From Pecten maximus (Eukaryota), in assembly GCF_902652985.1 (NCBI RefSeq), contig NC_047020.1, positions 23,622,001 to 23,686,000 on the forward strand: DNA of 64,000 nucleotides, read 5' to 3'. Every line of letters begins with the position of its first letter. Position 1 is the stretch's first letter. Under the pieces are notes generated by a model, which had not been told where the DNA came from, did no database searches, and was given only the letters and a program-made list of their open reading frames with translations. The position numbers and the translations under genes were made by a program. Shown piece after piece: positions 38,601 to 50,600 of this stretch.

Positions 38601-41600
38601 TGACAACAGTGAAACGGACCTTGACTATGACGAACCACAACATATTCCAAGCGGAACAGAGGCAAAAGCCGCTATAGAAACGGTAATGCGATTTCTAGAA
38701 ACGTCGGACAAAACAACAGAATTAGAAATAGACTCTTGCAGAATGATTTCAAAAAAAAAATATCGGAAATTATCACAGACAATATGCGACAAAAGCATAT
38801 CAGTGATTTTTTTTACCAAACTACAAAAACAATAACCATATTTAGACACTTTTACTGTTCAGTACCTGAAATTGAAATGTTTGTGTTTTCTGATTTGATC
38901 ACAATATAAGACATTGGATTCCTGCATTTTTGTTGTCAAATTATATAATACCGCCACCCTCTTTATACCGCCAATTACAACAAGAACAAAAGGTGGCGGT
39001 ATAACGAGGGTAGACTGTACTCAGATGCTGTGAGTATATACAATATGTAGACTGATGTTGTGAGTATATACAATATGTAGACTGATGTTATGAGTATACA
39101 ATATGTAGACTGATGTGAGTATATAAGATAAATATATATATATACTCAGATGCTGTGAGTATATACAATATGTAGACTGATGTTGTGAGTATATACAATA
39201 TGTAGACTGATGTTATGAGTATACAATATGTAGACTGATGTGAGTATATAAGATAAATATATATATACTCAGATGCTGTGAGTATATACAATATGTAGAC
39301 TGATGTTGTGAGTATATACAATATGTAGACTGATGTTATGAGTATACAATATGTAGACTGATGTGAGTATATAAGATAAATATATATATATACTCAGATG
39401 CTGTGAGTATATACAATATGTAGACTGATGTTGTGAGTATATACAATATGTAGACTGATGTTGTGAGTATATACGATATGTAGACTGATACTGTGAGTAT
39501 ATACGATATGTAGACTGATGTTGTGAGTATATACGATATGTAGACTGACGTTGTGAGTATATACAATATGTAGACTGACACTGTGAGTATATTCGATATG
39601 TAGACTGATGTTGTGAGTATATACGATATGTAGACTGATGCTGTGAGTATATATGATATGTAGACTGACGCTGGGAGTATATACGATATGTAGACTGATG
39701 TTGTGAGTATATATGATATGTAGACTGATGTTGTGAGTATATACAATATGTAAACTGATGTTGTGAGTATATACAATATGTAGACTGATACTGTGAGTAT
39801 ATACAATATGTAGACTGATACTGTGAGTATATACAATATGTAGACTGACACTGTGAGTATATACGATATGTAAACTGATGTTGTGAGTATATACGATATG
39901 TAGACTGATGTTGTGAGTATATACGATATGTAGACTGACACTGTGAGTATATACGATATGTAAACTGATGTTGTGAGTATATACGATATGTAAACTGATG
40001 TTGTGAGTATATATGATATGTAGACTGATGTTGTGAGTATATACGATATGTAGACTGATGTGAGTATATACGATATGTAGACTGACACTGTGAGTATATA
40101 CGATATGTACACTGATGTTGTGAGTATATAGGATATGTAGACTGATGCTGTGAGTATATACAATATGTAAACTGATGCTGTGAGTATTTACGATATGTAG
40201 ACTGATGTTGTGAGTATGATGTTAGTTTGGAAGAAACAGACAAGACCTTATTCAAAAACCAACTTTTCAACTGATTGTTGTTGTCTTCATACATATTCAG
40301 TTAATATGATCATGAAAAGGACTGTTTAAAGGAGAAAGGTGTTGTAGATGAATATAGTGTGATTCTAACCATCTCATTCACAGATAAATAAGCCCAAGTT
40401 GATGAATGCTAAGTACTGTGATCGATTTCCTGTGGTTCGCTGGAAAGACGGAGGAGTGGTTCATGTACAAGTTACACCCGAGATCCATCGTAGTTACGAA
40501 CAGAGGATGAACGTGGCAACACAGGCCTTCCATCAGCGGTACGTGTCTAGCATTACAATTGATTGCTATATTTAACAGATCGCTTTATTTCACTTGTTCC
40601 TCCATGACCATTTAAGTTCTAAAAAGTCCTTTATTAAATTTCATGCAGTCAAAGAGAATAATCATCTACCCTAATTATAGAGTACTTACATGTAGTCATG
40701 ATTGTAGTTAATAAATATTTTCACAGGTAGATAAATTTTTATGTTTACCCATTTGAAGTTAATAATTGTAAGTATAGATAACTTGTGTATACACATGTGG
40801 TATTTGTATAGACTAAATTAATTTAGATACCATATTGCTAATGAAGACATTTTACATATAATCTCATGTGTCTAAACCTTAAACAGGTGTCTGAAATCTA
40901 CTAAAAACAAATAACAAAATCAGGAACTACAGTACAGTATTGTACAGGACCTGAATTGCTTTTATAATCACATAATCACATACCTAAAATGCAAATAATG
41001 AAATAGGTCATAAATGGTTTTTATTGTTTCAATAAATTCATTATAAGTGCTTTTGACTATATACATTTGTTTATACAAGTCATTGGCAGATTCTCATTTT
41101 TCCCGTGTTACAGGGTTGACTGGCTGAACCAGGGAAGTCGTGCCTTGTTTGGGACAGTGATTGAGGATCAGATCTATATCCTCATTGACACCTCATCCTC
41201 AATGTCACCTAGTATACAGTTTGTTAAGGATAAGCTGTTCATCCTCATGCAGGTAAATCTTCACACACTTCAGTGCCAGTTACTGTAGTCTGGTGGCTTG
41301 TCTGTACAGTACAGCAGTTCAGTAAGTCAGGACAGGTGTATCTAGGGACTAATACATCTCACCATAACCCTAATACAGACCTTCTTCTTTTCTCATGGTT
41401 CTTTTAATAAGGAAACCATCAAATTCATTTAAAAATGTAATTTTCTCTATGTAGGTTGGTCTGATGCTTTTGTTTACTGTCCTATCTACACATTAAGGTT
41501 TTATAAGGAGGGTACCTGTGTAAGATCAGGCAGCGCAAAAATTATGAGCTTGTGAATAAAGTGCAGTACATTTATCAATCAATTTAATTGACAGGAACAA

Positions 41601-44600
41601 CTTCGACACAAGATGAAATTCAACTTAGTAGCCTTCAACTCTAAAGCCATATCCTGGCAGAATCGCCTGGTGGAGGTGAACGAGCAAAGTCTGAAGGGAG
41701 CGTGGAAGTGGATCCAGGGTCTGAGCTGCTGGGGGTCGACTAATACATATGCTGCCCTCCAGTTCGCTATTTCTGACCCTGGTACACAGGCGATATACCT
41801 ACTAACTGACGGACGCCCTGACCAGGTAGGTACTTTATGTGGGCTGTGTTATACCTGGACTTTTTAATCTTAATAAAGGAATAAATAAAATCAAAAATAG
41901 ATAAAACATGCATAAATTTAATGGATGATATCTTAAGCTGAACACTTCAAACTTTAAAAAAATTTTTTTTTAAATATACAATAATGTAAATGAATAAGAA
42001 TTAAGTAATTAAAACAAAATATAAACAAAATAACAAAAATATACATATATTAACCAGAACCATTAACATATTTCTCAAAATTTGATTTTAAATTTTGGAT
42101 TCTTTCAGACACAATTCTAGCTTTACCTAGAATATCTTACAGTGTAGATGTGACTGTAATCTGTAAAAGCTTACAGATTCTTATCTTTATCTCTAGCACA
42201 CAAGTTGATACCCTTATATTTTATGTTACAGCCCCCCCGGGCCATCATAGCCCAGGTACAGATGCAGCACTGTGTCCCTGTACACACCATTTCTTTTAAC
42301 TGTAACGATACAGAAGCTAACCAGTTCCTGTGTGACCTTGCCCGTAACACAGGTGGCCGCTACCATTACTTTTCAGAGAAAGGCAAGCTTGACCAGGACC
42401 AGCCGGCTTCATGGGAGGTATGTTAGACAGATTTTACAGTCAGATCTCTGCTTTTACATGTACTACCAATTATTCAACTCAAAGGTTTTTAGAAAACACA
42501 GTTAAAAAAATTTCTTGCTGCCAAACCAACAGAATTCAAAATCAGAAATAGCCCTACATGTAAGATATTTATTTGGAAATGCTGCACCCCCCTTCTAAGT
42601 ACATGTATTATGTTCAGCATATAAGTAAAAGTATATAGATATACTATATATCAACATACAATGTATATATAAGGGTAAACAATGTTCAGTATAAATAGCT
42701 TGCTATCAAATTGTGAATAGTGCTTAATATTGTGACAGCATTATCCATTATCCTAGCTTATCATGTTATTAGACTAAAATGGCTTTAACTATAATATATA
42801 AAGCTAACTGGGACCAATTTTATCCTGTCACTGTAGAGTGAAGATATCCGCCTGCTCAAGGAGGAAGCCAGTCGAGGTCGGGAGAGCCTGTACAAGGTGG
42901 AAGAACTGCGAGATGAATGCTCTAATCTGTCCTGGAAAAAGGAAGTAGAGTCACTCAAACGATGTTCCAGGTATAGTGATCTACTGTGTTTACATTTATG
43001 GACCAAATTGTTTAAAGCTATTGTTTTGAAACAGAAATAATTTAAGAATTTGAATGATTCAGGAATATATAGAAAAAGCCTTTCTCTATATGCTGTTCTA
43101 GATGTTGCAGCTTCAACACTTGTACTTGCATATTGATCAAAAGTCTTGTTTTCCAAACTAAAACCTGTCAGACCGAAACAAAATTTTGCTTTATTTAACA
43201 TTTTCACTAACCTGATTAAAGCATCAGTTTTCTATTGCTCACAGGAACCACACTAAATCGCTGTCAGACCGGGTGTCAGCTGTCCCACCACTTAACACTA
43301 ATCATCTGTATCGATCGTCCACTCCCCCTCCCCCCAGGCCACTGAGTGCCTCTCTCGATTCCCCACTGATGTCTCCAGCTCCACCCAAACAATCACGGGC
43401 CTCCTCAGCCTACAGGTCTGTGGGTTCATCCCTCGACTTTCAACGTCCAAAGTCAGCCGTCCCAACAAGTGGATCCAAAACTGAACGTAGCCCTCTCTCA
43501 GCAAGTAAGTATATTTCCATGGCAAAGTTGAGTCATGTGATTATTACATTTTCATTAAGAGGTCATCAGAGAGGTCAAATACATACCAGTGATGTTTTTC
43601 ATTACACTGTTATACAACATTCATGTAACATTCATCGTTGCATTTCCTGGAGATCTTCAAACAAATTTCTGTGATATTGTGTTGTCATGGTAACACCATA
43701 TTCATGTCATCATAACTCAGTCAAGATAATCAATTTTTCACCTGAAACCTTCATTTAGTTATTGAATGAAGGAGCAGTAACATATTTTCTTGTCACCAGG
43801 TTGGGACCAGGGTAAGGCTACAAGTTCAGACGGTCTCTCATGGTATCATAGTTCAAGTTACTCATTTATTAAACAGTAATCTCGAATTACAGTGGAATTT
43901 TGTTCTTAGAGATCTATATAAACTGTTTCTTGTGGGAAGCTGGAAATAGTCAAACCTTTGATTACAGTAATGAAACAATATTTGTGATTGAAAATAGTAA
44001 ATGCCATATATTCAGACTCCTTGGAGACACAAAGTTTTTCACTATGTAGATGTTGAAATATGTTATTTTATAGCAACAAGTTAACTTGTAATGTTTGATG
44101 GGACAAGGCAGAGGTCAGACAATTAAAGTTTGGCCACGGTATGTTGCATATGGACATGTGTTCCGCTGAAATTGATCTTGATTTCTGGTCAAATCAAATA
44201 AATGAAATTCCACTGTAAAGTATAACATGGTGAGAGATTCTTAGGTTACCTTTTATCAGGATGATTACATGTTTAACAATCAATCATAACTATGAATAAT
44301 TCTATAATCTTCTCATCCTGCTGACAATCTGCTGCTGTCTGCCTCACTTATTTAAATTTTTACAGAGTGAATATTCTGTCAAATTCCTCAAGTCTTTGAC
44401 CATTTTGTCATACTAATTGAGTTATTGGAAGAATATTTAGGAAATGAATGAAATATCTTTATCTGCAAATAGTACATGATCATTAATCTAATCCATATGT
44501 ACAAGGGAAATGAAATTTGGAGTGTTTTATTAGTAATCCAAAGGTGTTTTTTTTTTATTTTCAATATCTCAGTTTTCTCCGATAAGTAATTACAGTAAAA

Positions 44601-47600
44601 AGATATACAACAATTTGTTCAAATCATTCACAATCCCGAAATTGAGAAATTAAATGAAGTGAGACAGACTATCAGTAGCAGCCTTTCTCCATATTTTACA
44701 ACTGTCCTTGTGTAATCTATTGAACAGAATCCAAGTGTAGTGGGAAAGTTCGGTCTGGTCACACATCAACAGGTACATGGTTACACCGTATAGTCTATAG
44801 TTAGATGTATTGTGTACAGCTCATTGATTTGTACCATTTTGGTGTGATTGTGAGAGAGAGCTTCTATGTAGTTTTTTTTTTTTTGCATGGCTAAAATAGT
44901 GTTTACTTAATGTCACATTGTTAGTGTATTTTGCATGCAATATTTATACATACCTAATGATTGTCAGTCCTCCTGATTCATTTAATCATGTACTATTTGT
45001 TTGTATTAATATATACATCCCCCACCCACTCCAGTATTAATATATACATCCCCCACCCACTCCAGTATTAATATATATATCCCCCACCCACTCCAGTAAG
45101 ATAAAGTTATCTCTTCCCCAGCAACCACGGAATTGTAAAGCATTTTCTTGCAGTCTGTAACTTGTCCAATTTGACCCCAAAGTCTGCTGTTCTCAGCTCC
45201 TCTTTCATATGAAAACTTCAATACAACCACCTGTATATTCTAAAATGTTGTTTATAACCTGATCAATATGTGGTGTCCCACTTAACATCAGATAAGTAGT
45301 TCTCCCTACCGTAAATCAAATTTCAAGATGATTACAAGGATCTAACAAAGAATACCAACTCATCTATCTTTCTCTCAAGGGTATTGCAGCTTTATGTTTT
45401 CGGTACATTCCTAAGCTACTTATATATTACGTAAATCCTTGATCACTGAATGGAAAGGAAGTGAATATCAAATATGTATAATATATGGTTGAAACAGAAT
45501 ATTTCTAAAAAAATTGCACACGTGATAATTTTGGTTTGTTATAATAATAGTATCAGTACATAAATATACTAAACTAGTTTACCAGTTAATTACTTTGTAT
45601 TTAATAACGATGATTATATATACCTTATATCTAATCCCCCAGAATATTTTAGTTTGTCTGTGTATCAGTATTTATGTATATATTTGTTTATATATAATCC
45701 ATGTGTATTTGATAATTTTTGATGTTTTGATTGTAATTGCATCCAGCTGGCTAGAATGTTGTTTTTTTGTAGAAAAAATGAAAATAAAAGTTCAGTTGTC
45801 AGTACACTTAATCAGATGTACTCGTCAGTACACTTAATCAGATGTACTCGTCATTACACTTAATCAGATGTACTCGTCATTACACTTAATCAGATGTACT
45901 TGTCAGTACAGTTAATCAGAAATAATTTTTAGTAAATTTAATCATAAATAGTCTCAGTACTATTAATCAGGAATAATTTTGAGTGCGTTTAATCAGATGT
46001 AGTCGTTATTACACTTAATCAGAAATAATTTTCAGTACAAGTAATAAAAGAAGTTTTTTGGTACTTTAAATAGGAAATAGTCGTCAGAACACTTGATCAG
46101 AAGTAGTCGTCAATACATTTAATCAGATGTAGTCGTCAGTACATTTAATCATAAAGCAGATTCAGTTCACTTAATCATCTATATTTATAAGTCCATGTAT
46201 TCAGAAACAGTTATCAGTACAAATAATTTTCAGTACATTAAAGGAGTTGTTTTCAGTACACAAGTCAGAAATAGTTGCTAGTACACTTCATCAAAAATAG
46301 TTGAACGTACTCTTAATCAGAAATAATACTTATAATATTTGCACATTCTTATTTATCATATGATATGATTTTCTCAATTTTCATTTTCATGTCACAGGAT
46401 CAATTAATACCCAGCAGTTTTTCTGCCTAAGGAATGAATATTTACTTTGAAGAAAGCAAATTTCAAAACTTAAATATTGTGTTGATATTTAAAAGGTTAA
46501 AAAATTCCTCAGTTTTAAGGCTACCCTGATGTAACCTAAGTTTCCTTCTTTTAAAGCAAAATGGAAAGAAAACTAATCTTCATTGACCGAAAAAGAGATA
46601 TTTAAGCAGAAGTTTTTATTTATTATTTCGAAAATACTTTTCCTGAAATGTATAGAAAAGCAATCTTGGTGTGTTTTTTAATCGTGTTAATCGCATGTGT
46701 TTTCTTCCTATGTAGGTCACACGAGGACTAGCCTACTACGCACACTCAACAGTACTGGTAACTTCTCCCCAGAAGAATGGCTACTACCCGAGACTCGTCA
46801 GCTTTTCGAAAAACAGGCTGTTCGGCAGAAACAACTTGCAATAGGTAAAACCTAGGGTGTTCTCCTGGGGTCTTAACTAGAGAAAATTTGCTTGCATGCT
46901 TGACCCTTTGAAATATTGAGCTACTCTGGCACTGATACTCCTCTCTGCAAATTTTTCTCTAGAAGATCTACGTATTTCCTAGAAAATTTTCACTCAAATC
47001 ACTTCTGATATGAAGTTGATCCATTTTCACACATTTCTAATTCATTTATGATTCAAAATGAAAAAAATGAATAACGTCATTCAAAATTCTTTTTTCCAAT
47101 TACTGAACTTGTTCTTGATATATTGTTACTTAAAAACAATCATGTTACATTGTAGGTAGTAAAATATCCATTATGTTTATCTATTTTTTAATTTGAATTT
47201 GAAATACATTGTTTATATATTGTGTATGCTCTAACGGATTTTAAGAAGTCATTCTCAAACTATGAATCGAAAGGAAAGAAAAATTGACAAATTTAGCATT
47301 GAAAAAATTCCATTTTATTACTTGAGAAAATTTTGCAACTTCAATGCTTTTTTTATGAAGGCATTTGATTGTACATCTATATTTGTAAACATTTTATGTA
47401 CATATATATCCTATATGTTTAGCTGTTAAATTGTTAATTTACTTTTCACCTTTACTGCTTTTTTTCTATCTTTTCCATTGATTTCTCTCTGTTATGCAGA
47501 TATCATTGTGGAAGAAATATGTTAATGTCCCTATTATTGTTCTCAAAATCATATTTTAAAAAAAGACATTCCTGAGGTACATACACGTTAATCTATTATT

Positions 47601-50600
47601 TTTTCGAACCAAAATCACAAAAGCAGCATCTATACGATTACCCTTCACTATTGTTTTCACATGACCCTTATATTGTATTAAAAGCTAGTTGTCCGTGTCC
47701 ATCGTCTGTGGTCTGACAATACTAGTCTGTAGAGATGACTTTGACTGTTTGTTTTCAGTGTTACAGCGCTATGATATGTCCCCTTACATCTTGGAAGAAT
47801 ATGGTATTATACATGTCCTGAAACATATAGTGCTTGTATCATATGCTAATGACCTAACTCAGCACAGTATTATACTGTCAGTTTAAAACATATGTTGTAA
47901 CATCAGCACATAAGCTAGCTAGTTCTACTTATATTCCATCACACAAGTAGCCTGTCTGGTTTCTGGACAGAATTCTGAAGTTTTTGAAGATTTCTTTTAT
48001 TGAAAATTAAGTTTCCATGTTTGAAACTATGGTACCAAAAAATGATCAGTGCATGAAAAATATTTCAGATATTAATGTTAAAAGTCATTTGGACTTGAAT
48101 TGTCTGAATACTTTTCCCATTAGCTTTGATTGATATTTGTAGATAGTCATTTGCTTCAATGAACTTGAAGATTACATAGCGGGGGAAAAAGAAATGAGAA
48201 TTTTTACTGGAAAATAGAAAAAAAAAAAGCAAAGATAATATTAAGATTTTGCAATGGACATGCATATTCTGTGCTGAGTTAAAAGTTGGCACTGCTACAT
48301 CTGTGAATTGCCTGTAATTATCTTATGACATGCTGAATGAAACGTCTGATGTGTAATATGAATGGTAGCCTGCTAATGTATGGATTGTGTGTTTAAACCT
48401 TCAAATAATCTAGTATGTGTATATTTGTTTTGGTATATTTTTCCTTAACATTTGGAACAATATCATTTCCAATATTAATTTGTTGTTTAACAGAAAATAA
48501 TGTATGGTTAACAGTATTGAAAAGTGAAACCTGACTTTTACTGATGCCTATAAGTGAATTTTATTGTTCAATGAAAACTCTCTGATCTGAACTCCGATTA
48601 TTCTTATAGCCTCTAATTTAACATAATGACGCACGTCATGTTTTTATGAAAACTACCATATCAGTAAATTGCATTTTTGAACAGGAATTATTCAGGTTTC
48701 ACACAATTAACAAATACTGAGTAATTGGGATAGCACTATAGAGAAGAGATTTTAAGGTTGCAAAAAGCAATTGAATGTAAAAAAAAAATTGCATGGCATG
48801 TTCAAATAAGCATGCACAAATGAGAGTGAAACACCGGTTTAGATGTGAATGCAGTAGATTAAACTTTCTTGTTTTATTTTAATAATGTATTATTCTAATG
48901 GCTACCGTAAATACTAAAAAAACACACAAATAAAAAATGGATCAATGCATTAAATCAATCTAAGTTGGACTTAGAATTTGTCTGTAAAAATGCATGTAAT
49001 AATTTGGTTTTGTGACCAGGATATGATTGAACAAGCATGAAATAAATTGGTGCCGTGACCAGGATAATGCAAAAAGTAATCATTTATCATGATAGACCAC
49101 ATCGGTGATTTTGACAAGGATATTGCCAAACCTAATTGCCGAAAAATGTTGCTGTATTTAACAAATCGCTGCCGTGGCGAGGATATTACCGAAAAAAGAA
49201 AATTGATGATATGACCTAGTGGATATCGCTTAAAATTATCCTTCTGTAACAAATTGGTGATGTGACTTGGATATTACTAAAACGATAAATCCATAATAAT
49301 AACGCTATTACAAAATATGAATGTTCAATAGCCATTTATCGGTATGTAAAATGTTACCAGGGTATGAATGAAAACTAACTATAAATTGAAAGTCTTTGCA
49401 AATATAACCAATGGTGCCGTGACCAGGATAACATTGTGATATGCTACATCTGCATGTTTAACTATATTTTTATATTGTTTTGATGATATGCAGACTATGT
49501 ATAAATCTGTATTTGACAGTGATTTTGATTAATTAACTATATATTATGTTAGCCCCACAACTATAAAGTAGCAATGCATGATATACATAGTATGGCTCAC
49601 TTGTACATCTGTTGGTTACACATTTGTATTGGCCGAAAAGGTTATTATATCAATCACAATAACAACTTGTTCTTTCAGCTTTGTTTTTAATAAATGTACA
49701 AAAATTCTATTTTTTACAAAACTTTTTGTGGCCTGATGGATATATGCTTAAATTTCTTAAGTATTTGATAAATTCTTTTCGGTAGCCGGTTTCCTGTTTT
49801 CATCTGACATATTTCAAAATAATACAAAAGTACTAAAATGGTATTTAGACGATTTTTCGCAGCATGAAAATAATATGACTGATCAAATCATTCTACTAAA
49901 GATATAAATTCTAGTAAAGCATACTGTATTAATGGTGTAAGCTTGTTTTCTACAGATGAAACTAGGAAGACTAGCAGCAGAAGAAGCAAGATAAAGAGAG
50001 GCCTTAAGTAAGGACATGTATTCCTAAGCACTGAATTATAACAGTTACCAATGAAATTTCATAAGCTTGAATAATTTTTGGAAATTAATATTATGTGTAT
50101 GTTTATACTGTGGTATGCAAGATCCAATATCTGCTTCATTGTTGTGAAGTGTCCACCAGGTAATAGATTCTTAAACTGAATTCCTAGTCCATGCAATATT
50201 CCCGAGTCGAAAGGATAGCCACACCATTCAATGGAATGCATCACCGAATTTAATTAAAAGTTGACATGTATTTGCCCACTAGCTCATCATTTTCTTTTCC
50301 ATACCATTTTGTGGATTAAAAAAATCTAAATCTGATCTATCATTTTGGATCCCTCCACATTTTGAAATAGTATCTAGCACTGGTTTCCCATCTTATTTAT
50401 GTATCAGAATAGTAGATATGTATATTGGAGTAGTTCAACTTATCTACATGTATTTCTATAATGCTTACTAATGGATTATTTCATTTTTAATAACTAGACC
50501 ACATTCCATGTCATCCAAATGTGGCTTAGCAAGCATGGCCTGGTGGCCAAAAAATTGACTATACTGGACGCACTCGCACCAACCTTCATTTCCCATAGCG

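Noticed and set aside
36114-40294. Minus-strand ORFs up to 341 aa (YILTTSVYIS and YSQHQSTYRI repeats)
   Set aside because: Artefacts of the 30-bp donor-anchored array.
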